A stretch of 64,000 nucleotides of DNA. Source: an uncultured archaeon (GTDB taxonomy: Archaea > Iainarchaeota > Iainarchaeia > Iainarchaeales > CAZILS01). Position numbers and translations under genes: made by a program. A model generated the notes under the pieces. It was not told where the DNA came from. It searched no databases and worked only from the letters and a program-made list of their open reading frames with translations. Positions 1 to 8,434 of the stretch are shown piece after piece (position 1 is the stretch's first letter; each line of letters opens with the position of its first letter). The stretch is from the NCBI GenBank assembly GCA_964540145.1, contig CAZILS010000004.1, forward strand, positions 605 to 64,604, written 5' to 3'.

Positions 1-150
1 TTTTTCTTTTAAGGCCTGAATGCCTGAAGCGTCTTTATTTAATGCCAACACCCCGTCTTGTATCAGCAGAACCTTGTCTTTAGGATTCAAATGCCTAATC
101 GCGCTTGGTTCTCCTTTCAGCAAAGATTCTTTTATTATGAATAACACCAT
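1..150 (-). CDS. DsrH/TusB-like sulfur relay protein, 3'-truncated by window edge (N-terminus MVLFIIKESLLKGEPSAIRHLNPKDKVLLIQDGVLALNKDASGIQALKEK...)
   Basis: Manual translation of the minus strand from ATG (cat at 148-150). It has the LLxQDGV motif typical of DsrH/TusB and sits immediately downstream of the DsrE/DsrF-like genes on the same strand. Confidence 0.55.
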   Translation of the reverse strand, partial: MVLFIIKESLLKGEPSAIRHLNPKDKVLLIQDGVLALNKDASGIQALKEK

Positions 151-158
151 TTTTCACC

Positions 159-509
159 TCAAAAATTAATGATTGCTTCAGCCTCGTCGATGAATCCCCT
201 AATCTCCCGTGAAGTTACCTGCTTTGCCCCAATCAAACTGTCCTTTTTAAGGTTCCTCTCAGAGGTGGAATCGGCATCGGCGAATATTTTTAGCCCGAAC
301 TCTTCAGCATTGCTAAATCCCTCCCCCAATCCGGTCATTTCAGCGATTTTCGGGCGCTGGTTTTTTAAAAGGCAGAATACGCCGTCGCCTGAAAAAACAA
401 GCTTTGTCTCCAAGTCCATGCCCGCAAAAGCTATGCCTGCCCTCAATGCTTCTGCCGCAAAAACGCTTCCAAAAGGAGCATTGTTAACCATTATTAACAC
501 TTTTTTCAT
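159..509 (-). CDS. DsrE/DsrF (TusD/TusC) family sulfur relay protein
   Basis: 116 aa. N-terminus MKKVLIMVNNAPFGS with a conserved Cys-containing GDGVFC segment, typical of DsrE/TusD-like proteins. Confidence 0.7.
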   Translation of the reverse strand: MKKVLIMVNNAPFGSVFAAEALRAGIAFAGMDLETKLVFSGDGVFCLLKNQRPKIAEMTGLGEGFSNAEEFGLKIFADADSTSERNLKKDSLIGAKQVTSREIRGFIDEAEAIINF

Positions 510-518
510 TTTGACACC

Positions 519-863
519 TCATATGCTCACGAATTTGTCGCATTCCTTTATTAAGTCTGCAAGCCCTGGGAGGCCTTCAAGCTCTCCTTTTTCTATAAGC
601 TGGCCTCTTTTAATTCCCCTGTACTGAACACAAACCCCGCAAATTTTTACTTCAACACCTAATCTTGTCAATTCATCAAGCTTTCTTGCAAGGTTTCTTT
701 CACTCCCGGAGTTTATCTCTTTGTTTGCCGCAATAACGCTGTCAACATAAAGAAAAATCTTGACCTCGTGCTTTTTTTCAAGTGCTGCCTTTGCCAAATA
801 ATATGCTGTGTCCATATCTTGGTAAGTGTATGGCGGCCTTATAAGCATCAATCCCAGCTTCAT
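519..863 (-). CDS. DsrE/DsrF-like (TusC/TusD family) sulfur relay protein
   Basis: 114 aa with the DsrE-fold pattern (MKLGLMLIRPPYTYQD..., internal Cys). It lies in tandem with a second DsrE-like gene and DsrH. Confidence 0.65.
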   Translation of the reverse strand: MKLGLMLIRPPYTYQDMDTAYYLAKAALEKKHEVKIFLYVDSVIAANKEINSGSERNLARKLDELTRLGVEVKICGVCVQYRGIKRGQLIEKGELEGLPGLADLIKECDKFVSI

Positions 864-1870
864 TGTTTTTCACCTCTCATAAACATAAAGTATGCTGCCG
901 CCCATGCTCCAAGCACAATAAATGTTCCTGCTGTGATGCTGCTTACCGCTAATTGCGGAACCCCGCTCAAAATATGGCCTATGTTGCAGCCGCCGGCAAT
1001 CACCGCGCCCAATCCAAGAAGCATTCCTCCAAAAAGCGCCTGCGCGCCCATTTTTGCTGGCGGCAATCTTATCTTGAATTCATTAGCTATTAACGCCGCA
1101 ATAAAAGCCCCTATTATCAAGCCAATAACCTCAAAAGATTCCCATACTAAAAAGTTTTTTCCCATAACGATCGATTTCACGATGGTTTCAAAACCCGTTG
1201 TTATGCCTAAAGGGTAATTTCTGCCTGCAAAAGCAGAAGCGACAAAAGCAGTTATCCCTATGAGCCCTATGATTATTCCCGCGTTTTTCCACGTCCACCC
1301 TGTCTTGAACCATTTTTCAAAAAAAGGCTTATTGTTTTCGACAAGCCCTTCTTTTTTTCGGAATAGAAAGTAAAATCCAATTGCTGAAAGTATAACAACA
1401 AAAACCCGGCTCGGAACCCCTGTCAAGGCCGATAAAGTTATCTCTCCTAAATCAAATTGGTGAACAGATTCTGTAATATTTGACAGGAAGCCGTCCTTAA
1501 AGAAAAAAGCAGTTAATGCAAATGAGAATAAAGCCAGCATGGAACTCACCATTCCTTCACCCACACGATAAGCTGTGCCGCTAGCGCAGCCTCCTGCAAT
1601 TACCATGCCAACCCCGAACACAAATCCCCCGATAATGGCGCCAAACAGGTAGAATGTTTTTGGAGCAAGGGCAATAATTCCTAAATACGAAAGGAAATGA
1701 AATCCAATCATTTGGATAATCAATGCTAATGCTACTGCCTTCAAGAGTGTAAAATCTTTGAATACCAAAGGGTCGCGGAATGCTGAATTCATGCAGAACC
1801 GCCCCCTCTGCAAGGCAAAGCCGAAAAGCAATCCTACAAACAACCCGCTTATAATTCCGGCTATTTCCAT
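860..1870 (-). CDS. YeeE/YedE family sulfur-compound (thiosulfate) transporter
   Basis: 336-aa polytopic membrane protein with duplicated halves each carrying a conserved Cys motif (GFALQRGRFCMNS; GGCASGTAYRVGEG; GGCNIGH). The adjacent TusA gene fits the YeeE-TusA pairing. Confidence 0.75.
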   Translation of the reverse strand: MEIAGIISGLFVGLLFGFALQRGRFCMNSAFRDPLVFKDFTLLKAVALALIIQMIGFHFLSYLGIIALAPKTFYLFGAIIGGFVFGVGMVIAGGCASGTAYRVGEGMVSSMLALFSFALTAFFFKDGFLSNITESVHQFDLGEITLSALTGVPSRVFVVILSAIGFYFLFRKKEGLVENNKPFFEKWFKTGWTWKNAGIIIGLIGITAFVASAFAGRNYPLGITTGFETIVKSIVMGKNFLVWESFEVIGLIIGAFIAALIANEFKIRLPPAKMGAQALFGGMLLGLGAVIAGGCNIGHILSGVPQLAVSSITAGTFIVLGAWAAAYFMFMRGEKQ

Positions 1871-1874
1871 TGTC

Positions 1875-2111
1875 TCACTTCACTTTTATTAAAATCCGGT
1901 GGTCTGCCCCGCCAATTTTTTCAACAGCAACGACCTTATGCCCTTCCTTTTCCGTGTTTCTTGGGATTCTCTCAAGCGATAAAGGGTAGTCAGTGAGAAC
2001 TTCAAGAATCTCACCGGATTTCATCTCCTTTACTTTTTTCCTCGTTTTAATATCGGGGTAAGGGCAAATTTCTCCCCTCACGTCAATTGTAGCATTTGGC
2101 TTCTCACTCAT
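1875..2111 (-). CDS. tusA: TusA-like sulfur carrier protein
   Basis: 78 aa with the CPYP active-site motif (GEICPYPDIK) in a two-layered alpha/beta sandwich-sized protein. Its start/stop are coupled with neighbouring genes. Confidence 0.8.
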   Translation of the reverse strand: MSEKPNATIDVRGEICPYPDIKTRKKVKEMKSGEILEVLTDYPLSLERIPRNTEKEGHKVVAVEKIGGADHRILIKVK

Positions 2112-2563
2112 TTTGTTTCACCTCGGTTTAATTTATCTCCTGGATTTACACACCCCGTATCAATGCAGGATTTGATTTTGTCTTCCATTTCTTTTGCCAT
2201 GTGGTCTGCATAGCCAATCCAGTACTTGTCCCCAATGAATGTTGTTGGAACCCCCTGCGCCGTTGTGCCGTAAGCTTTTGCGACTTCGTCGAATAGTTTT
2301 GCGTTTTCCGGGTTTTTCCAGGTTTCGAATATTTTTATTTCTATCTCCGGATACTTCTTCTGCATTTCTTCAAGGAATGGTTTTTCGGCAGCACAGTGAG
2401 GGCACCCGTCGCCCCAAAAGAAATAAACTGTTACCTTGCCGGGGTCATCATTGTCAGCCATGACAACATTGCCTGCCGGCGTTGTTTGCGTATCCGAAAT
2501 GCATCCTGCTAATACTATTGCCCCCAATATCACTAACCCTAAATACAAATGCGCGTATTTCAT
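2108..2563 (-). CDS. Thioredoxin-fold lipoprotein (thiol:disulfide oxidoreductase, CPHC)
   Basis: Lipobox LAGC, a WGDGCPHC active site and a thioredoxin fold. Its C-terminal roughly 95 aa are identical to the first Trx domain of the 2948..4621 gene. Confidence 0.8.
   Translation of the reverse strand: MKYAHLYLGLVILGAIVLAGCISDTQTTPAGNVVMADNDDPGKVTVYFFWGDGCPHCAAEKPFLEEMQKKYPEIEIKIFETWKNPENAKLFDEVAKAYGTTAQGVPTTFIGDKYWIGYADHMAKEMEDKIKSCIDTGCVNPGDKLNRGETK
2160..2437. repeat. 278-bp exact direct duplication (copy 1), encoding a thioredoxin domain
   Basis: 2160..2437 is identical to 4230..4507 at the nucleotide level, covering the CPHC Trx domain of two different genes. Confidence 0.9.
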
Positions 2564-2964
2564 TTTATTTTCACCTTGTATGCTTTTTCTGCTTCTGTTG
2601 AATCCAACAATTTATCCGTCTCTTTTTTATCTTCTATTTTGGCCTTCATTATCCAACTTCCGTAAGGGTCTTTATTGATTTTTGAAGGCTCGTCAAACAA
2701 AGAATCGTTCACTTCTATGATTTCTCCGCTAACCGGGCTTGAAAGGTGACCCGACCATTTCACAGCCTCAAGGGAAACATATGTTTCTCCGGCTTTCAGC
2801 TTTTTTCCTTTCTCCGGCAACTTAATAAACACAAATTCCTTGACTTTTTTTGCCGCAGGCTCTGTAATGCCAACGGTTGCCGTGTCTTCATCAAATTTTA
2901 TCCAAGAATAATCATTGTTGTATTTCAGATTACTCGGTAATTTGTATTCACTCATTTTTTTCAC
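2560..2964 (-). CDS. Glycine-cleavage H-like lipoyl carrier protein (GcvH/LbpA-like)
   Basis: 134 aa with a GcvH fold signature and a probable lipoyl-Lys in SLEAVKWSGHLSSPVSGEIIEVN. No gcvP, gcvT or lpd genes are nearby. Confidence 0.7.
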   Translation of the reverse strand: MKKMSEYKLPSNLKYNNDYSWIKFDEDTATVGITEPAAKKVKEFVFIKLPEKGKKLKAGETYVSLEAVKWSGHLSSPVSGEIIEVNDSLFDEPSKINKDPYGSWIMKAKIEDKKETDKLLDSTEAEKAYKVKIK

Positions 2965-4621
2965 CCCTGTTTTTTTTCTTAGTTATTTTTGTGACAACAA
3001 TGATGGTTCCCGCAATAATTACTGCTGTTGCCATTAGCCCAAATGAAATAAATATGTTGTTGAGCAATGCGGGGTCTATCAAGAGTATTGAACCAAGGCA
3101 AAGCATCATTGTTCCCGATATCAGCTTTAAAACCCGCCCTTGCCATTCAGAGAGCTTTTTGGCGCCCAAAGTAATCACGAACATTAGCACGATTATGAGC
3201 AAAGGAATTACATACACCAAATTGTATAGTGCCAAATAAAGATAGTATTCTGTTGACGGTATGTTGTTAAGGGTTAAAATTCTTGTAAAAACCATTGGAA
3301 ACCCCGCGGTGCACAAAAGTTCATAGCTGTTGGCCGCAATGGCTAATACAATAGTGCCTGCCATCATTGAAGTAAGGGATGTGGCTTTAAGCAAATTTCT
3401 CATTTTTTGGAACAATTTTGGCTTTGCGCTCTCAGGGATTACTAATGAAATTCCTTTTTCAAAGAAAAAGAAATCCTTGACATTGATTAATCCAACAACC
3501 AATGCGATTGCCCCCGCAATTGTTGTGACCAGCATGATTTCGCCTATTAAAAGGAAAAGATTTAACCAGGCCGCCATGAACAAAAAGTACATTAAAGCAG
3601 AAACAAACACAAAAGTAAACCCAATCAAAAGCATTCTTTTCCTGCTTTTAGCGTATATCAGCATGCTTAAAAGGAAAAAAAGGATAAAAAAAGCGCAGGG
3701 GTTAAAGCTATCGAGCCCCGCGATTATTATTGTAAATAATGGCAAAGGCATATTTTCAGTGTCAATCTTGCCAAGCACAGGCAACTCAACAACAGTGCTT
3801 TCTTCAGGAGTAATGTCTTTTGGTTGAGGCGGGTATGGAGTAATGCCATTGATTTTACTTGCCGGGCAAACACAACCGGCGTCCTCGCACTTGGTTATTT
3901 CTGAATCAAGATTCTCCAAAATCGCGGTTTCCCCGGCCAAATATTTATTGCCTATAAAAACTATCGGAAATCCGGCGTCAGAAAGCGAATAGATTTCCTT
4001 AAACTGCGAGTATAATTCTTTTTCACCCTCATCGGAAACATCGTGTATTTTTAATTCAATGTCTTGCCGGGCATTTAAAGAGCCTATATAAGGAAGAACC
4101 GAATTGCACTGCGGGCAGTCTCCGATGATAAAAACATGAATGCAGGGAACCTCTTTTGAGGGGGCCGGAAGCGGATTATCTGTCGGGTTATCTTTTGCCA
4201 GCATATCTCCCGGGCTTGCGCATTGGTTTTCAATGCAGGATTTGATTTTGTCTTCCATTTCTTTTGCCATGTGGTCTGCATAGCCAATCCAGTACTTGTC
4301 CCCAATGAATGTTGTTGGAACCCCCTGCGCCGTTGTGCCGTAAGCTTTTGCGACTTCGTCGAATAGTTTTGCGTTTTCCGGGTTTTTCCAGGTTTCGAAT
4401 ATTTTTATTTCTATCTCCGGATACTTCTTCTGCATTTCTTCAAGGAATGGTTTTTCGGCAGCACAGTGAGGGCACCCGTCGCCCCAAAAGAAATAAACTG
4501 TTACCTTATCAGAATCTGTTTGAGCCAGTGCTGGCTGAGCCAGTGCTGGCGAAGCCAACATAAGCGCCAATAAAACCAGAAACAATAGTCGCCCTGCATT
4601 TTTTAAGCCATTCATTTTCAT
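2948..4621 (-). CDS. Fusion protein: signal peptide + two thioredoxin domains (CPHC, CPQC) + CcdA/DsbD-beta-like transmembrane domain
   Basis: 557 aa. Domain 1 is a WGDGCPHC Trx. Domain 2 is IGDCPQC. The C-terminal TM domain carries the GLDSFNPC motif and a second conserved Cys, as in CcdA. Confidence 0.8.
   Translation of the reverse strand: MKMNGLKNAGRLLFLVLLALMLASPALAQPALAQTDSDKVTVYFFWGDGCPHCAAEKPFLEEMQKKYPEIEIKIFETWKNPENAKLFDEVAKAYGTTAQGVPTTFIGDKYWIGYADHMAKEMEDKIKSCIENQCASPGDMLAKDNPTDNPLPAPSKEVPCIHVFIIGDCPQCNSVLPYIGSLNARQDIELKIHDVSDEGEKELYSQFKEIYSLSDAGFPIVFIGNKYLAGETAILENLDSEITKCEDAGCVCPASKINGITPYPPQPKDITPEESTVVELPVLGKIDTENMPLPLFTIIIAGLDSFNPCAFFILFFLLSMLIYAKSRKRMLLIGFTFVFVSALMYFLFMAAWLNLFLLIGEIMLVTTIAGAIALVVGLINVKDFFFFEKGISLVIPESAKPKLFQKMRNLLKATSLTSMMAGTIVLAIAANSYELLCTAGFPMVFTRILTLNNIPSTEYYLYLALYNLVYVIPLLIIVLMFVITLGAKKLSEWQGRVLKLISGTMMLCLGSILLIDPALLNNIFISFGLMATAVIIAGTIIVVTKITKKKNRGEKNE
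4230..4507. repeat. 278-bp exact direct duplication (copy 2)
   Basis: Identical to 2160..2437. Confidence 0.9.
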
Positions 4622-4702
4622 TCCTCCGCAATTAACTTAATTTGTGCTGAAATCCTTTATAAAGATTTATTTCAAAAAATGAAATTGCTTGTTTTGATCC
4701 TT

Positions 4703-5239
4703 TCATTTTATGAAAAGTGCCTTGAAGTCGTTATTCAAAATCACTTTTTTAGTCATGCCTTTTTTTTCTCTCTGCAGTATGCCCTTGGATTCTAGAGCCA
4801 ATAGTCGCCTATGCAGTTTGACAGGACTCAAACCAGTTGCCCCGCCAAGCAGGCTCTGTGTGGCTTCCCCCCTTAGTTTAATTATTTCGCACAATATTTT
4901 CCTCTCTTCAGGGGCTAAAAAATTAAGGGTTTTTTCCACGTCGCCAAAAATTTGCTTCTTTTCTTTTGAAAAAGACACGGATAAAAAATAGTATGTTAAA
5001 ATCCCGACAAACACGCCTAAAGAGGATAATGCCGCAATTACAATCGGCAAGGATGCCCTGCAACCGCAATCCAAACCATATAGTTCCCTTACAAGATAAA
5101 TTGACAGCATAACGATAAAGGTAAAACCCATCACCAACCCAACGGCAAGAATCACATTATTTAAACTATTTTTTTTTTGCAAATTATGAACTCGCATTAT
5201 ATCCACCGGCCACCGGTAAAACATATTGATATAAATCAA
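4703..5239 (-). CDS. Membrane-anchored winged-helix transcriptional regulator (MarR/TrmB-like wHTH C-terminus)
   Basis: Two N-terminal TM helices followed by a C-terminal wHTH (ILCEIIKLRGEATQSLLGGATGLSPVKLHRRLLALESKGIL). Confidence 0.5.
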   Translation of the reverse strand: MIYINMFYRWPVDIMRVHNLQKKNSLNNVILAVGLVMGFTFIVMLSIYLVRELYGLDCGCRASLPIVIAALSSLGVFVGILTYYFLSVSFSKEKKQIFGDVEKTLNFLAPEERKILCEIIKLRGEATQSLLGGATGLSPVKLHRRLLALESKGILQREKKGMTKKVILNNDFKALFIK

Positions 5240-5644
5240 TATTTAAATGTTTTTCTGTTTGTAGTATGCAATTGCGGGGAGTTCTGCCTTTTTAAGCATG
5301 CGGAAACCGCCTTGCCTGTTTATTCGCCAATCTTCCTACAAAATAGCCAAGCAAGCCCCCCGGCACCGGTGTCATTATCTTTATCGGCACAAGGCTTACC
5401 AACTCCTGCTAGCCTATCAGTATTGCCGCCGGAAGAAAAACCGGGAATGAAACCAAAATCCCCTTTAACGCATTATTAATCTTAAGTTCCGAGGCCGAAA
5501 TAAAAAACCGGAAACAACCCAAAGTGAAAATGCGGAGATGTTCGCATCCCGGCCAAGCCCCCGCAAAACCATCGGCATAACATCAAGTATCCCGGCAATC
5601 GCCCCAAAGGCAACCCTGCAAAGACCTTCGGCAGTTTCATCATT

Positions 5645-6415
5645 TCACATTTTGTTTTTCCTTCGCAAAAAGCAGCCCTCCCCGATCTCCTCCTTCAGCA
5701 TCCTGAAAAAGCATTTTTTTGGAGGCCTGTCCCTGTACTTCTCTGCGGCTCTTATTATTTCTTCCATTACCTTTACCACGTGTGCAGGGTGCTTTCCCAG
5801 TGCACTTTCCTCCGAAAGCATGACCGCGCCTGTCCCGTCCAACACAGCATTGGCAACGTCGCTCACCTCCGCCCTAACCGGAATCCTGTTCTTTGTCATT
5901 GACATAAGCATTTCGGTCGCAGTAATAACAAACTTTCTCCTCTTTCTGCACCTCTTGATTATCTCCTTCTGTATGAAGGGAACCTTACACATCGGAAGGT
6001 TTTTCCCAAGGTCGCCCCTAGCAACCATAATCCCGTCGCTTGCCTTTATTATTTCCTCCAAATGCTCAAGGCCCGGAGCCGATTCTATCTTTGAAATGAC
6101 CTTAATCTCCCGCGGCGCAAACTTCTTCCTTAATCTCTCAACCTGCTCCGCGCTCTCCGCAAATGCCATCGCAATGTAGTCAAATTCCCTGCCCTTCAGC
6201 CAGCCGATATGCTCGTTGGTTATGATGTCGAACATCAGCTCGCAGTCCAGGGGCTTAAGCACCCTTATAATTCGGGTGTACTCTTTTTCCGTGCCGTATT
6301 TTGTGTTTATCCTCGCGATATCCATCCCGTTCCTTATCATAGTCTTTATGGTGCGGGTGCCAAAACTCGCAGGTCCGACAGTTGCGACAATCTTCGTATG
6401 CATGGAAATACTCAA
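5645..6415 (-). CDS. Pyruvate kinase-like minimal TIM-barrel protein (A domain only; B lid and C allosteric domains absent)
   Basis: [18 protein letters not shown] (Arg/Asn), KVISKIES (Lys/Glu), MVARGDLG and [11 protein letters not shown] (Thr) match PK active-site motifs. It is only 256 aa, with about 20 aa where the B domain normally sits. Confidence 0.7.
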   Translation of the reverse strand: MSISMHTKIVATVGPASFGTRTIKTMIRNGMDIARINTKYGTEKEYTRIIRVLKPLDCELMFDIITNEHIGWLKGREFDYIAMAFAESAEQVERLRKKFAPREIKVISKIESAPGLEHLEEIIKASDGIMVARGDLGKNLPMCKVPFIQKEIIKRCRKRRKFVITATEMLMSMTKNRIPVRAEVSDVANAVLDGTGAVMLSEESALGKHPAHVVKVMEEIIRAAEKYRDRPPKKCFFRMLKEEIGEGCFLRRKNKM

Positions 6416-6533
6416 TTGCGCAGCCCCTTATAAAGCTTGTGGCATTTGCCGTTTGCCATTAAGTCAATAGGCGAAATATCGCCTATTCGGCACCGGGTTC
6501 CGCCTTTTAATCCTTTCCGCATATATTGCGCCT

Positions 6534-7100
6534 ATGCTTTCCATAATCCAGCCGCTGATACTTTTCCTCGTGATAATGGACCCGCTGGTCGGGATTTCCG
6601 CACTCCTATCCATGGGGAAGGGGAAAACAGAGAATGAGCTCAGGAAGATAGCGGTAAAGTCGGTAATCGTGGCTTCGCTTGTTTTCTTCACATTCGCATT
6701 TTTTGGCTCACTCGCCCTGCAATTGCTTGGGGTAACCCTTGACAGTTTCAGGGCTGCGGCAGGGATAATCCTCATACTCCTCGGGTTACAGTTTGCGCTC
6801 GGCCTCTCCTTTCCCAGAAAGAACGAGGAGATAAGCGAGGTCGCCGTTGTGATAGGAACCCCCCTTATAAGTGGGCCTGCAACCATCTCCGCAACCATAG
6901 TCCTTGTTAGCGACACCGGCCTTTTCACAACCCTCTTTGCGGGAACAATCGCACTCGCAATGGTTCTCGCAGCCCTTCTCTTTGCCACCCGGATAAGCAG
7001 GATAATCGGCAGGGCAGGGATGCAGGTTTTAACCACGATGATGGGCTTGGTTACAATAGCATGGGGACTCCAGTTCCTTGTCCAGGGCCTGGGGTTCTAG
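6534..7100 (+). CDS. MarC family (UPF0056) integral membrane protein
   Basis: 188-aa 6-TM protein with a MarC-like hydrophobic pattern. The antisense ORF 6464..7036 is rejected. Confidence 0.65.
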   Translation: MLSIIQPLILFLVIMDPLVGISALLSMGKGKTENELRKIAVKSVIVASLVFFTFAFFGSLALQLLGVTLDSFRAAAGIILILLGLQFALGLSFPRKNEEISEVAVVIGTPLISGPATISATIVLVSDTGLFTTLFAGTIALAMVLAALLFATRISRIIGRAGMQVLTTMMGLVTIAWGLQFLVQGLGF

Positions 7101-7116
7101 AAAACCTAAAAAGGCA

Positions 7117-8379
7117 CTAAATAGGCATCCTAAGCAAACCCATAATAATCGCCAGCCCGAGAAGAATCAGGAGCAGCCCCACTGCCCAGTGAAGGTTCTG
7201 TATGTTCCTCTCCCGCCATCCGCTCACATCCTCGACCGCGACAAAGCCGGCATAGATGACAAGCGTAATCCCGACCATCGGCGCTATGAATATGCCGAGG
7301 TAAAAGAGCAGGTAGGGGAGCATAACCATAAGCGGGAACTCCGAAAGGATGCCTGCGGCAATCACATATGCCTGTGCCGTGCAGGGAGTTAAGAAAAAGC
7401 TGACAATAATCCCCGCGAGGAACGCCCCTATCAAATAGGACTTGCTTTTCAGCAGGCCGATTATTGTGTCGGTTTCCATCACGCCGCAGCCGGGGCAGTC
7501 CTTTTCCCCCTTCTTCGGTTTCTCCCTCTTTTTCGCGCCAACGCTGTAAAGTATCTGTTTCATCCTCGGCCTCCAGCTTTCCGGCACTTCCATAACAAAG
7601 CCCCCGCCCTTATACCAGATTGCGTCCTTTATGTTCAGCAGGCCCATAAGTATCGCAAGTATCCCCAGCAGCTGGTAGAAAGTCAGGCCGGTGAACGACA
7701 CCATGAGGACGTTCAGGCCTCCCGACATCCCGCCGACAGCCTGTATCCCCCCTATCAGGAGCAGGCCGAAAACGAAGTACATTATGAAGATGGCTGCGCT
7801 GAAGGCGAGTCCCGCGGCAAGCGCCTTCCTCCTCTGCTTCGGATACCTCGTCATTATCGAGGTGAGCAGGATAACAAGCACCGCAATTTCGCAGGGGTTG
7901 ATTGCGTCGATGAATGCAAGGACGCCGAGCTCGATGATGTTTATGTTGTGCCCCTTCTCCCCTATGGGCGGGCACGGTTCTTCCTCCCCGCCATTGGGCG
8001 GCCCGCACGCCTTATGCTCCTCTATCGCGCCCCTCACAGACTCGATACAGGGCCTGTCCCCTATGCAGTAGAAGTCCCCGATGAAAACCTTAGGCACGGA
8101 GCCGTATTCCGAGACAGGTATCCCGTGCTGCTTCTGCAGCCCGAGGAATTCCTGCCAGCCCTCGTTCACGTTTATCTTCTCGACGCTTATCGCGTCCCCG
8201 TATTCCCCCTTCAGCGAGTCAAGGTGCTGGGATAGATTCGCGCAGTGCGGACAGCCGGGCCCGTAGAAGAACTTTACCCCGACCGTCTTCGCGGGCTCCG
8301 CAAATGCACCTCCCGCCAATAACGGGAGCGCGAGCAACGCAAGCAACAGGATAATATGCGGTTTTCCCATCAGGACCAC
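7117..8379 (-). CDS. Thioredoxin (CPHC) - CcdA-like transmembrane fusion protein
   Basis: Signal/TM segment, FYGPGCPHC Trx domain and a C-terminal polytopic domain with the conserved-Cys motifs AINPCEIAV and FLTPCTAQAY, as in CcdA. Confidence 0.75.
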   Translation of the reverse strand: MVLMGKPHIILLLALLALPLLAGGAFAEPAKTVGVKFFYGPGCPHCANLSQHLDSLKGEYGDAISVEKINVNEGWQEFLGLQKQHGIPVSEYGSVPKVFIGDFYCIGDRPCIESVRGAIEEHKACGPPNGGEEEPCPPIGEKGHNINIIELGVLAFIDAINPCEIAVLVILLTSIMTRYPKQRRKALAAGLAFSAAIFIMYFVFGLLLIGGIQAVGGMSGGLNVLMVSFTGLTFYQLLGILAILMGLLNIKDAIWYKGGGFVMEVPESWRPRMKQILYSVGAKKREKPKKGEKDCPGCGVMETDTIIGLLKSKSYLIGAFLAGIIVSFFLTPCTAQAYVIAAGILSEFPLMVMLPYLLFYLGIFIAPMVGITLVIYAGFVAVEDVSGWRERNIQNLHWAVGLLLILLGLAIIMGLLRMPI

Positions 8380-8434
8380 GGGATATTATTTGTATTGCAG
8401 GGTATTTAATAATTGCGCTTTTAACAAGTATAAT

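Noticed and set aside
2239-2463. ORF 2239..2463 (+) and its identical twin 4309..4563 (+)
   Set aside because: Both lie antisense to the duplicated thioredoxin-domain segment. Their identity is a by-product of the 278-bp duplication, and the translations are Arg/Leu-rich junk.
5482-5640. 52-codon ORF immediately downstream of the PK-like gene (MKLPKVFAGLPLGRLPGY...)
   Set aside because: No recognisable features and uncertain coding status, so not reported as a gene.
5538-6179. 213-aa ORF antisense to the pyruvate-kinase-like gene
   Set aside because: S/A/L-rich low-complexity translation; the PK-like frame on the other strand has clear catalytic motifs.
6464-7036. 190-aa ORF antisense to MarC
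   Set aside because: The plus-strand frame encodes a coherent 6-TM MarC-like protein; the antisense product has no features.
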